Positions 54,105 to 62,755 of a DNA stretch of 64,000 nucleotides are shown here, one piece after another. The stretch comes from a virus. The translations under genes were made by a program, and so were the position numbers. Within the stretch, counting starts at the first letter, position 1; each line of letters starts with the position of its first letter. The DNA is taken from the IMG/VR virus record IMGVR_UViG_3300045592_000030. One strand, given 5' to 3'. The notes beneath the pieces were generated by a model. The model did not search any database. It saw nothing but the letters and a program-made list of their open reading frames with translations, and had not been told where the DNA came from.

Positions 54105-55412
54105 TTATTTGGACTTGAATATATAGAGAGCCGGATAATACTTCGTACCGAACATCTCCTTTATTTTCTTTAAGAACTTCTCATAGTCGGCCATGACCTT
54201 TGGCTCACTCATCTTCGCATGATCCTCCTGGCACATGCTGATGGCAAAGAGATGCCGCACCACACCCCTGTCATCTTTCACATTCCTTGCATCAACAAAT
54301 GTTGCACGACGAAATAACGGCTTCAATCCGCCACGACCATTGAAAGCTTTCACGACCGCCAGCCAATTGCGTCTATCCTGCTCATTCATTGTCAACGGCT
54401 CATTCTCAAACAAACTTTGCATGATGACACCTTGCGACTTCCCTTTGTTTTGCTTGTGCGCAATACCCAGGCGCGAGGCATGAAGCGTGAACTCTACATA
54501 GTCAGGAACTCCCCTACCCCGTCCGTTATTATACACGCAATGGTATTCAAAAGAAAACTCGCTGTTGTTTTCTAAGCATAGCCGGTCTAAGTCTTTCTTT
54601 GCCGGTTCAATCACCCTACGTACATAATCATTCCACCGAGGATAATCCTCTTTCGCAAGTTGATCGGTCTTTAAATCAAAAATAATATGTCCGGTAGTTT
54701 TTTTTAAGTCCACTGGTGTTACCTTAAAAGTCCTGGTATTCAACTGATACGATCGCATTTTTAGATAAACATAAAGTTTAGACGTTGCATCGTTATTACT
54801 ATATTTTGCAATACGGGCAAGATGCTCGACAAAGCCGTGATTCATGTCAAACACAGTAGAAACAACAGAACTGTTAATTTCCATCTCAATATAACCAGCC
54901 TTGCGCCCATCATTGCCCTCTATCGACGTATCATTACCATTATTATTACTATCAGGAAAAGAAATACGTGAAAACATCGGCATGATGTCATTATAGTGCA
55001 TGTACTTCGGATTTCCATGCCGGTCGTACATCAACTCTCCATCCCGGTTTTTCTTTTGTTCAAAGTGCTCAGTACGCACGTGAAGTTTATAAAGGTCTTT
55101 CAATGCAGCCTCTAAGCGACTATAAGCATAGACATCTACCAAATCACTCATCTTTAGACGTACCAACAACATGCCATTTTTCTGAAACGCGTCGTTTGGT
55201 ATTGCAGAATGCTGCGGGAACGTATCATCATGCGACTTACCCAAGAAATCGTTGACATAGCTTTGCATTTGCTTGCTTACCATAAACATTACGTCCTGCT
55301 GCATTTTGTTAAGAGTAACGCCCTGCTGCACATACGGAACGGGAGTCTTAATCCACCTCTCCTTATCAAGATCAGATACGGTAATCGGTAACTGCTTTTT
55401 ATCTTTATCCAT
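54105..55412 (-). CDS. Replication initiator-like protein (Rep), called from context
   Basis: 435-aa ORF whose start abuts four phased iterons. The N-terminal region is loosely Rep_3-like by eye. Confidence 0.5.
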   Translation of the reverse strand: MDKDKKQLPITVSDLDKERWIKTPVPYVQQGVTLNKMQQDVMFMVSKQMQSYVNDFLGKSHDDTFPQHSAIPNDAFQKNGMLLVRLKMSDLVDVYAYSRLEAALKDLYKLHVRTEHFEQKKNRDGELMYDRHGNPKYMHYNDIMPMFSRISFPDSNNNGNDTSIEGNDGRKAGYIEMEINSSVVSTVFDMNHGFVEHLARIAKYSNNDATSKLYVYLKMRSYQLNTRTFKVTPVDLKKTTGHIIFDLKTDQLAKEDYPRWNDYVRRVIEPAKKDLDRLCLENNSEFSFEYHCVYNNGRGRGVPDYVEFTLHASRLGIAHKQNKGKSQGVIMQSLFENEPLTMNEQDRRNWLAVVKAFNGRGGLKPLFRRATFVDARNVKDDRGVVRHLFAISMCQEDHAKMSEPKVMADYEKFLKKIKEMFGTKYYPALYIFKSK

Positions 55413-55430
55413 AGTCTTATTATATTAACG

Positions 55431-55515
55431 ACATAGCAATCTGTCGTAATCGACATAGCATGTTGTCGCAAAACACATAGCAACTTGTCGTAAACAACAT
55501 AGCACATTGTCGTAA
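55431..55515 (+). repeat. Iteron array L: 4 x ACATAGCA-N3-TGTCG(T/C)AA, 22-bp phasing
   Basis: Copies at 55431, 55453, 55475 and 55497, read directly. Confidence 0.9.
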
Positions 55516-55523
55516 AATATTTG

Positions 55524-55689
55524 CGTAACTTATTGATAATCAATAGAAACATCTCCAGTAATTATAACTATAATAATAATTCTATTATTTATCAAGTTTA
55601 CTTGGAAACTTGTAATTAATAGTATAGTATTTACTATACCAATTATAATTAAGCGGTTTTTGCGGATCGTAACTTATTGATAATCAATA
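55524..55689. promoter_or_regulatory. AT-rich origin core (putative DUE) bounded by two copies of CGTAACTTATTGATAATCAATA
   Basis: 22-mers at 55524-55545 and 55668-55689, each containing the palindrome TATTGATAATCAATA. The interval between them is very AT-rich. Confidence 0.55.
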
Positions 55690-55705
55690 CTAATCCTTTT
55701 TTCTT

Positions 55706-55790
55706 TTACGACAACCTGCTATGTTCTTTACGACAACCTGCTATGTTCTTTACGACAACCTGCTATGTTCTTTACGACAACCTGCATGTC
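55706..55790 (-). repeat. Iteron array R: 4 x reverse-complement iterons (TTACGACAACCTGCTATGT), 22-bp phasing
   Basis: Copies at 55706, 55728, 55750 and 55772. The last is degenerate. Confidence 0.9.
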
Positions 55791-55792
55791 AG

Positions 55793-56266
55793 TTAACCTT
55801 TTCTTTGCCGCTTCTCTTTCTTCTCCATTGCGTCGAGCCAATAGCGCGTTGCCTCGACGAGCATATCCTTTAGCGATACGTTGTTGCGAAGCTTGTACAT
55901 CATCATGCGCATGTAGATACTTTCCGGCATAGGCACCTGCACACCCTTCGTCGGTTCCGCCATCACCTTACGACTGGTAAGTATCTCTCCGCCATCAAAG
56001 GAACTGCCTAAGAACTCGCCCTTTTCTTCTTCCTTTTCAGGCGCATTGTGGGCATTCTCTTTTTCAGGTGCATTGTGGGCATTGCTGTTGTCGGCACCAT
56101 TGTTACCAGTGTTCCCTTTGCCATTGTTGGCATTGCTGCCAGAAATATTCTTTGCGGTTTCATCCACTGCTGGCTCATTAGCCACGCTTTCTAAACCGTT
56201 CTCCACCTGCTGCTCGGTCTTGCTGACAAGAGCCATTGCCTGAGCATCCTTGAAATTCTTTGCCAT
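55793..56266 (-). CDS. Putative ParG-like ribbon-helix-helix partition/centromere-binding protein
   Basis: 157 aa downstream of parA. C-terminus VQVPMPESIYMRMMMYKLRNNVSLKDMLVEATRYWL fits a strand-helix-helix. The N-terminus is low-complexity with an NAHNAPEKE duplication. Confidence 0.45.
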   Translation of the reverse strand: MAKNFKDAQAMALVSKTEQQVENGLESVANEPAVDETAKNISGSNANNGKGNTGNNGADNSNAHNAPEKENAHNAPEKEEEKGEFLGSSFDGGEILTSRKVMAEPTKGVQVPMPESIYMRMMMYKLRNNVSLKDMLVEATRYWLDAMEKKEKRQRKG

Positions 56267-56407
56267 ACTGATTGATTTTGAATTGTTATTTTCTAGTTTT
56301 TGAACGTTCCTATAATGATAGGTATGATGATAATTATCTTGCTTGAAGCGAAGCTAACAACGAAACAAACTTGCTTGCAAACAAGTAATCAAGTTTATTC
56401 CGGAGCG

Positions 56408-57226
56408 TTATTTGAAGATTTCTTTCTCCAAAGCCGCATAGTCAACAGCCGCGGGACTTTTCTGCGCGTAGTCGAAGATGTCCTGGCACTGGCTCTGCGC
56501 CTCGTTAACCTTTAAGGATCTATGAATAAAAGTCTTGGTAACATAATCACCATACTGCTGCGGAAGATAGTCGAGAAAGCCCTTAGTAATATTGCCTCGC
56601 ATATCCACCATGACCGGTACAATGCCTTTTATCTCCAAATCCTTGTTAACCGTCTTTTTGACGCGTGTCATCTCTACAAGGATAGAACCGAGTCCGTTAA
56701 CTGACAGGCCCTCCATTTGCACTGGAATGAGCAAACTGTCGGCCACGGCCATTGCATTGTACGTTGTACGGGACAGGGAAGGGGGGCAGTCGATCAAGAC
56801 ATATTCAAAGCTATCATTCACATAGCTCAGTCCGGCATCGGTGTGATCGTCGATGGAAGCACCGAAACAACCATACAACACCTGCATGGGCTGCATCTGA
56901 TGATTGATAACATTGTCAGCCTCTTGTAACAGCGGTGAAGCCGGAGCGTAGTAGATACCCTCCTGACCTCGATAGACAGGCACGCGACCCGTATTCTCTT
57001 CCAGTGGGGAATATTCCTTTAGCGCGTCCATCATCGTGCGCCCGTTACCGTCGAACCCGAACAGCGTAGAGAGATTACCCTGCGGGTCGAGGTCAATGCA
57101 AAGCACACGATACTTAGGATGGCGGAGCACAATCGCCTTGGCGAGGCTCTGCACGGTAGTAGTCTTACCGACACCACCTTTGTTGTTGACTACCGCAACA
57201 ACTTCCTTCAACTCATCATGTTTCAT
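56408..57226 (-). CDS. parA: ParA-family partition ATPase
   Basis: Deviant Walker A NNKGGVGKTTT. Start taken at ATG 57226 (MKHDELKEV). Confidence 0.8.
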   Translation of the reverse strand: MKHDELKEVVAVVNNKGGVGKTTTVQSLAKAIVLRHPKYRVLCIDLDPQGNLSTLFGFDGNGRTMMDALKEYSPLEENTGRVPVYRGQEGIYYAPASPLLQEADNVINHQMQPMQVLYGCFGASIDDHTDAGLSYVNDSFEYVLIDCPPSLSRTTYNAMAVADSLLIPVQMEGLSVNGLGSILVEMTRVKKTVNKDLEIKGIVPVMVDMRGNITKGFLDYLPQQYGDYVTKTFIHRSLKVNEAQSQCQDIFDYAQKSPAAVDYAALEKEIFK

Positions 57227-57632
57227 ATATTGAATGATTTTAACGTTATTATTTCTGTTGGCAAATATAATACATATTTTCAAAATAAACAAAACTTTCC
57301 GCGTTTATTTCTTGTTTTTATTGTTATTTTCTTTTTTTCATCTTTCTTTTATCCAAAGATACCATAATAAAAACATTGCTTGCTTGATAACTTGAAAACT
57401 TGTAACGTTGTAATATTGATATATTGAAAGAAAAAAAGGAATGAAAACAGAAATGAAAATTGGTAGAAATGGACGTAGAAATCAGTGAATTTTCAGCGGC
57501 CTATAATAAGGAACTTAGAAAAAAACGAAAATCGAAAATCGAAAAATAGGATAGGGGAGCGAGGAAACAAGCAAGAGGTTAAGAGCCTTTTTTGCCGCTC
57601 ATTGCTCCCCAAACAAGATATTCAAACCATCA

Positions 57633-58544
57633 TCATCGCCGGCTGTTCTCACTTTCCTCGTCCATCTTGCGGAGCATCTTGCGTGCCGCGACATTGGCCG
57701 CTGCCTGTCGGCGAAGTTCATTCAGGGGTGCGGGGTTCGCACTATTCGCCTGTTGTTCTTTCAACCGGGCATATTCTTCCTTTTCTTCCTCGTCGAAGGG
57801 GTGCATGACATCACGCGGAGCGCGGCGCGACGGGTCTATGTGATCCACACCGATACCACATGCACGCGGCAAAAAAATGCTGACATTCTCGCGGTCGTAG
57901 GCACCATGCCAGTCGAGCAATGGTTGCCAGTCGTCGGCATCCGTGGCAAACTCCGAGCGTTCGCGGATAGGAGTAAACCCGACGATATACTGCGCCATCC
58001 ATTGCATATAATAGTAGAGTCCTTGCAGGTCGATAAGGTTGCCATCACGCGCCGGACCGATAGGCTCCTTGCTAATCTCCACATCTTCCATACAACCGTA
58101 CAGCTCGAGATAAATGTTCAGTCCGGGACACTTTGCCACCAGGCGCGGCTCATCAAATTCTTCATCGTAAGTCTCGCCGATACTCTCCAGATATTCGCGC
58201 ACTGAAAGATGTTCGTATTCAGCGCGTGAAAGATTGCGCCATGCCACTAACCGCTCGCGGAGCCATTCCTCGCGCTTTTCACGGTTGCTTTCGCGCTTCA
58301 TTTTCTGCGTACTGGATGTTGCGAAACGATGCAACTTGCAAACAATATAAGGCCACTGTGTCATCACGCACACCTGTGCCATGTCCGTGCGTAGCGAGGC
58401 ACCGGCGACAACGATAAACGGCTGGTGCATCTTCATATTCGTGCGAAATGCCGGGATGTCCTGACGCGTGCACCCTCCCATAACATGAAGCTTTGAATTA
58501 TCATTCTTTCGATTATTGCTTGCGTTAATTCTTGAATTATCCAT
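57633..58544 (-). CDS. Hypothetical protein
   Basis: 303-aa ORF. Last gene of the early operon. Confidence 0.6.
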   Translation of the reverse strand: MDNSRINASNNRKNDNSKLHVMGGCTRQDIPAFRTNMKMHQPFIVVAGASLRTDMAQVCVMTQWPYIVCKLHRFATSSTQKMKRESNREKREEWLRERLVAWRNLSRAEYEHLSVREYLESIGETYDEEFDEPRLVAKCPGLNIYLELYGCMEDVEISKEPIGPARDGNLIDLQGLYYYMQWMAQYIVGFTPIRERSEFATDADDWQPLLDWHGAYDRENVSIFLPRACGIGVDHIDPSRRAPRDVMHPFDEEEKEEYARLKEQQANSANPAPLNELRRQAAANVAARKMLRKMDEESENSRR

Positions 58545-58588
58545 AGTTATCTAATTTTATTGTTTACTTGTTTACTTTGTTCGTTGCT

Positions 58589-58843
58589 TTATTTATTTGT
58601 AGTTTCCTTCTTCGCTTGCTCGATGATGCGCTCATAGTCACACACCCAGCGCAATGCCCGATTGAGTCGGGCATTGTCGTTGTCAAGTTCTGCAAGGATG
58701 CGCGGATTCGTTGTCATGCCCTTTATCTCATTGTTGCGTTTCATAGCCTGAATGAGGCTATCTGCCATGATTTCGAGTTGATCCAATGGCAGCACGGGCA
58801 ATGCTGCAATAGCTGCTATAACTTTCTCTGAAATGGTTTCCAT
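58589..58843 (-). CDS. Hypothetical small protein
   Basis: Start moved to ATG 58843 (METISEK), 8 nt after the leader element. The track start at 58933 overlaps the upstream gene. Confidence 0.5.
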   Translation of the reverse strand: METISEKVIAAIAALPVLPLDQLEIMADSLIQAMKRNNEIKGMTTNPRILAELDNDNARLNRALRWVCDYERIIEQAKKETTNK

Positions 58844-58851
58844 AATCTGTA

Positions 58852-58874
58852 ATTTTTGTGATGTTCTATAACAT
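58852..58874 (-). promoter_or_regulatory. Leader hairpin element copy a (GTTATAG + CAAAAAT box)
   Basis: Minus strand: ATGTTATAGAACATCACAAAAAT, then 8 nt, then ATG 58843. Confidence 0.6.
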
Positions 58875-58892
58875 ATTGAATACTGAAAATGA

Positions 58893-59366
58893 TTAATAAT
58901 CTTCTGCTCTGGCAATGGCTCCACCGGTGCCAAATATGGCAGCGATGACCATTATGCCAGGGAAGAAAACAATCGTACCGATGACAATTGCCGCAACAAT
59001 GAGGATAAAAAGCAAAGAGAATAAGCTATTATCCGGCTGCTGTTCCTGTTCGTCGGTTGTCCGGCTGACTGGTTTTTCTTTTCGCTTTCGCGGTTTTCGT
59101 GGCCGTGGCTGCGTTGTTTCCGTTGCCGCGGCTGATTGTTTGTCCGGCGTTGTTGGCGTGTCTGTTGCTTGATTATCGTCATCGTCGAACCATTCTATTT
59201 CCTCCGGATCATCAAAAAACATCGAGTAGATATGATCATCATCGCCATCTTTCTTAAAAGTCGTCCAGCCCTTACAGCCGCCTTCCGTTTCCACACAAAT
59301 AAACGTTGCGGTAAAGGAAGGACAGCCGGGATATTTTGGTGTGTATCTAAATCTTTTCTGTGCCAT
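58893..59366 (-). CDS. Acidic protein with C-terminal TM anchor
   Basis: 157 aa with DDPEEIEWFDDDDNQ and a C-terminal LFSLLFILIVAAIVIGTIVFFPGIMVIAAIF. Confidence 0.55.
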   Translation of the reverse strand: MAQKRFRYTPKYPGCPSFTATFICVETEGGCKGWTTFKKDGDDDHIYSMFFDDPEEIEWFDDDDNQATDTPTTPDKQSAAATETTQPRPRKPRKRKEKPVSRTTDEQEQQPDNSLFSLLFILIVAAIVIGTIVFFPGIMVIAAIFGTGGAIARAEDY

Positions 59367-59373
59367 TTCTCTG

Positions 59374-59405
59374 ATTTTTGCGAGCCTCTATAACGTAGGC
59401 CGTCG
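59374..59405 (-). promoter_or_regulatory. Leader hairpin element copy b
   Basis: Minus strand: CGACGGCCTACGTTATAGAGGCTCGCAAAAAT, then 7 nt, then ATG 59366. Confidence 0.6.
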
Positions 59406-59421
59406 GCGGTTAAACATGTGA

Positions 59422-60054
59422 TTAGTCGTTGTCGTTATCATTAACGAGCCCTATTGCCCAGATGGTAACGTCGTTGTCGTGGTACATCATAGAGTATTTG
59501 TTGTGTATTTCAATGCTGCTCTCATCGCCCTCGCTGCCAATGCACACGGTAACGAATTGTTCCGGCGTGCAAGACTTGACAGCATTCAGAAGCTTATCAC
59601 GCCATGCGGCTACACCTTCCAAAGCCTCCTGCAAGTCATCGTCTCCTTCATGGTCGCTACGGACACAATCAACAAGGTCGTTATACTCGTCGTTCACCTG
59701 CTCCTCGTCGGCTATCATGTAATAGTTAGGATCATCTTCGTAATCTTCCAACACGGACAGCCCGTTATCGTCCGGGTAATAACTGAAAACATTCCAGCTC
59801 TGCCATCCGTCGCGCCGCTTGAGTATTACCGTTGTAAGATTAAACTTACTTGCAAGTTCACGCACAGCTGCCATATTATCAAAGTTAATAACAGCGGGTA
59901 CAGAGGCACCACATGGAAATCCGCTGTTATCCGCCGACGCGTCCACCATTTCAGTACCAGGCATGCAGTCAGCAATAGCCTGCAATGTGTCCCAACCTTG
60001 AGCAATGTTGCTCTTGATATTCTCTAAAGTCTGATTATCTATAACGTTTGTCAT
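59422..60054 (-). CDS. Highly acidic protein
   Basis: 210 aa with long Asp/Glu runs (EDYEDDPNYYMIADEEQVNDEYNDLVD..., C-terminal NDNDND). Confidence 0.6.
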   Translation of the reverse strand: MTNVIDNQTLENIKSNIAQGWDTLQAIADCMPGTEMVDASADNSGFPCGASVPAVINFDNMAAVRELASKFNLTTVILKRRDGWQSWNVFSYYPDDNGLSVLEDYEDDPNYYMIADEEQVNDEYNDLVDCVRSDHEGDDDLQEALEGVAAWRDKLLNAVKSCTPEQFVTVCIGSEGDESSIEIHNKYSMMYHDNDVTIWAIGLVNDNDND

Positions 60055-60065
60055 ATTCGTATGTG

Positions 60066-60093
60066 ATTTTTGCGAGCCCCTATAACGGGGCTC
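60066..60093 (-). promoter_or_regulatory. Leader hairpin element copy c
   Basis: Minus strand: GAGCCCC-GTTATA-GGGGCTC-GCAAAAAT, then 11 nt, then ATG 60054. Confidence 0.65.
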
Positions 60094-60128
60094 TATGTGA
60101 ATAATATGTGAATGAATTAAGAATGAAT

Positions 60129-60560
60129 TTATTTTTTATAGAAATCTGCTCTCGTATATGAGCCGCATGTACAGCCCTTAATTCCACAAAAGTAATTTTC
60201 TAATCTTTTTTTCTGATTATCAGATAGATAATTTTCTATCCATTCCGATGAGCTTATCAGACCTCTTTCTACATCATCGAAGGCGTTATAAGCTTTTTGA
60301 GATACAATTACGTAAGTTTCTTTCGAATTATGGAACCCCCCACTTGCAAAAATCTTGTAAGTCTTCTTCTCTTTTAAATTTGAAAATGCGTCGTTACCGA
60401 TGAAGACGGCATCTTCTAATGTACCTCCACTTTCGTCACAATCAGAAATTATCTGGTCAATAAACTCGTCAAATGTTGCATTGGCATCTTTTTTATTGTA
60501 TTCGCTCTCTGTAAAGTCAATTGAGTTAATCAATTGTTCTTTTCTAATAATAGTTTTCAT
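60129..60560 (-). CDS. Hypothetical protein
   Basis: 143-aa ORF. Confidence 0.55.
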   Translation of the reverse strand: MKTIIRKEQLINSIDFTESEYNKKDANATFDEFIDQIISDCDESGGTLEDAVFIGNDAFSNLKEKKTYKIFASGGFHNSKETYVIVSQKAYNAFDDVERGLISSSEWIENYLSDNQKKRLENYFCGIKGCTCGSYTRADFYKK

Positions 60561-60586
60561 AATGATATGATTTTGAATGTTATTAT

Positions 60587-60874
60587 TTACTTGTTATGAA
60601 CTTCAATGAAGTTAATATCGCTTGCATTGATGATAGTCGTCACGAAATGAACATCCGAGGGGAATATCTGGATAAATCTAAAAGGCTCGTTAATGATATA
60701 CTGGAATGTCCCGTTAACGCGGTCAATCTTAATATCACGCGGCTCACCCCGTAAAGAAATGCGGACGAAATCGACATCCGGTTTTGTTGCCATCTTATCG
60801 AAAACGTACTTAATTGCTTCTATTGTCATAGTGTTATTTGTTTTGTGCCAACCTTGCGGTGGCGGGTTCAACAT
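60587..60874 (-). CDS. Hypothetical small protein
   Basis: 95-aa ORF. An internal Met at 60829 is an alternative start. Confidence 0.5.
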   Translation of the reverse strand: MLNPPPQGWHKTNNTMTIEAIKYVFDKMATKPDVDFVRISLRGEPRDIKIDRVNGTFQYIINEPFRFIQIFPSDVHFVTTIINASDINFIEVHNK

Positions 60875-60902
60875 GTAAATTATCTCTTACTTAATTACAC
60901 TG

Positions 60903-60934
60903 CAAAGATACGAAGATTATTTGAAAATACCAAA
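60903..60934 (-). promoter_or_regulatory. Host-type promoter TTTG-N20-TATCTTTG
   Basis: Minus strand match. Divergent partner of the + promoter at 60972. Confidence 0.5.
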
Positions 60935-60971
60935 TATTTTAGCGATTATTTTTGAGAAAAACCAAAAATAT

Positions 60972-61002
60972 TTTGTTATCCAACAAAAACACATTATCTT
61001 TG
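60972..61002 (+). promoter_or_regulatory. Host-type promoter TTTG-N19-TATCTTTG
   Basis: Plus strand match upstream of the HTH gene at 61048. Confidence 0.5.
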
Positions 61003-61047
61003 CAGCCGTAAACAATACATCCACATTAATATATATAATATATAGAC

Positions 61048-61419
61048 ATGCAAAAAGTCGATTTAGCAACGTTGTGCGCCCGGTATGGGTACAACAATCA
61101 AACGGAGGTAGCAAAGGCCGTAGGCATCACGCAACAGGCCGTAAACTATCTATTTAACAACAGTGATAAAATAGGATTGCAGAAGTTGCGCGAGCTTTGC
61201 GACGGCATCGGCTGCAAAGATATGCGGGAAGCATTTACCGACGCGGAAGGCGTGCCCTATACCGGTGCACCTGGTGAGTTAAGCAACAACCGCACATCCG
61301 CCGATCCGGACGAAGTATCAGCAAAACAACTGCTCACCATCAAAGATGATGAAGTTCTTTGTCCTCATTGCGGACAAAAAATGAAGCTGGCTCGCCGGTG
61401 GATTGCAACGGTAGAATAA
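61048..61419 (+). CDS. Cro/XRE-like HTH regulator with C-terminal CxxC element
   Basis: LATLCARYGYNNQTEVAKAVGITQQAVNYLFN is HTH-like. CPHCGQKM near the C-terminus. Confidence 0.6.
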   Translation: MQKVDLATLCARYGYNNQTEVAKAVGITQQAVNYLFNNSDKIGLQKLRELCDGIGCKDMREAFTDAEGVPYTGAPGELSNNRTSADPDEVSAKQLLTIKDDEVLCPHCGQKMKLARRWIATVE

Positions 61420-61433
61420 TAATCAGGACACGC

Positions 61434-61477
61434 ACTAAAAAAGCGGAGGCAAACAATTTGCCTCCGCTTTTTTAGTG
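61434..61477. terminator. Bidirectional rho-independent terminator
   Basis: CACTAAAAAAGCGGAGGC-loop-GCCTCCGCTTTTTTAGTG. Perfect palindromic arms with A/T runs on both sides. Confidence 0.8.
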
Positions 61478-61528
61478 CCCCGTGGACGAACAAAAAGCAA
61501 AACACGTCCACGGCTGCATGATCGTTAT

Positions 61529-61672
61529 TTATGCATACATAAACACAAAATACGCGGTGTATATAGACACGATGAAGATAACGCCCTGCACAAACTTTTC
61601 ATGTTGCCGGATGAAGTTCTCTATCTTACGCGCCGTGCGCATCTGGGTGAGGTACATTGCATTTACTTTCAT
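61529..61672 (-). CDS. Possible tail-anchored small membrane peptide (47 aa)
   Basis: Hand translation: MKVNAMYLTQMRTARKIENFIRQHEKFVQGVIFIVSIYTAYFVFMYA. Confidence 0.3.
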   Translation of the reverse strand: MKVNAMYLTQMRTARKIENFIRQHEKFVQGVIFIVSIYTAYFVFMYA

Positions 61673-61745
61673 AGCTACAAAGATTTAATGAGTGAAACGA
61701 TATTCAGGAAATGATAGGGTAGGGGATAGCCCTACCCCGAAATGC

Positions 61746-62693
61746 TTACAACTGAATGCCCAACTCCAAATAACGAAGTGAGTAAATAGCATTATGAGTG
61801 AGTTGCCGCTGCCATGCCCCGGCGGACGGACTCCAGCGGAATCCGTTATGCTTTAACCGGTCGCGGACATCGGGCGCGGGTTTATCATCAAACAACAGGC
61901 GGAGCCGGTTGTCGACATAGTCCTGCACCACTTTTCCACCGGCAAACGTCGTTACCTTTGGCTCACTTTGCGCGGTTTCTTCCATCTTTACCGAGTATTT
62001 TAGTGCAAGTTCAGGAAGTCGGTACCACTTATGGCGGCGAGTAAAAACGGGCTTCTTATGCTTACTGTTATATTCCTCCACAAGGGCCATTGCTTTTTCC
62101 ACAATCGACATCTTGCCATTGCGAGCTTTGCGCTCCACGAATCCATACAGATTACTCACGAAAAGCGAACGATAGCCCCATCCGTTCTTTTCGTCGATGT
62201 CGCAGATAGCTGCCACTTCATCGAATATTTTCTTACGTGCCTCCTGCCATTCTTCATCGTCGCGCTGCTCCTGGCTTTTGCCATTCTCCACACATCGCAA
62301 GATTGCACCGACAGCCTTTTTGCGCCACTCGGCAAAGTCCCGACACGCACCATCGTAACTGGCAATCGCTTTTTTATTACGTGCCACGGGGAAACGCGCC
62401 GGACCCGTAACAGCGGCGGATGCAATACGCGACTCACGAGCAAACAGGTCGCGCACCTTCGCGCGGAACTGCTCACGATAGCGGTCTTTATCCTCGTCGG
62501 TAGCTGTCTGTATCTCGCACAGATCATCAGCGAGTGAATGTGTGTATGAATCAAGTTCCACACGTCCGGCGCGTTCAGGGTCGAAGCTGCTCCAGTAGTG
62601 TGCATCTTGTGAGTCTTTCTTCAACGATGATAATGTTTCCTCTGCTTTGCCAGTGGCAACAACATAATCCAAATGCTTACTAAGTCTTTCCAT
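61746..62693 (-). CDS. Hypothetical protein, DUF3560-like C-terminus
   Basis: 315 aa. C-terminal LKHNGFRWSPSAGAWQRQL resembles a motif I associate with DUF3560 proteins of plasmids and phages (from memory, unverified). Confidence 0.55.
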   Translation of the reverse strand: MERLSKHLDYVVATGKAEETLSSLKKDSQDAHYWSSFDPERAGRVELDSYTHSLADDLCEIQTATDEDKDRYREQFRAKVRDLFARESRIASAAVTGPARFPVARNKKAIASYDGACRDFAEWRKKAVGAILRCVENGKSQEQRDDEEWQEARKKIFDEVAAICDIDEKNGWGYRSLFVSNLYGFVERKARNGKMSIVEKAMALVEEYNSKHKKPVFTRRHKWYRLPELALKYSVKMEETAQSEPKVTTFAGGKVVQDYVDNRLRLLFDDKPAPDVRDRLKHNGFRWSPSAGAWQRQLTHNAIYSLRYLELGIQL

Positions 62694-62701
62694 AATTTGT
62701 A

Positions 62702-62731
62702 ATTTTTGCGCGGCCCTATAATAGGGGCCGC
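62702..62731 (-). promoter_or_regulatory. Leader hairpin element copy d (loop variant TATTATAG)
   Basis: Minus strand: GCGGCCCCTATTATAGGGCCGC-GCAAAAAT, then 8 nt, then ATG 62693. Confidence 0.6.
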
Positions 62732-62755
62732 TGGTGAAACATATTCTTTGCTTGT

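Noticed and set aside
57441-57547. Short repeats upstream of parA (AGAAATG three times, plus one shorter AGAAAT; CGAAAAT x3 at 57526-57547) could be a centromere.
   Set aside because: The units are very short, AT-rich and irregularly spaced. That is not enough to separate them from low-complexity background, so they are mentioned only as a place to look if ParA/RHH binding is tested.
61475-61714. Plus-strand ORFs 61475..61714 and 61482..61688.
   Set aside because: They begin inside or just after the bidirectional terminator, have no promoter, and their translations are basic and Cys/His-rich junk.
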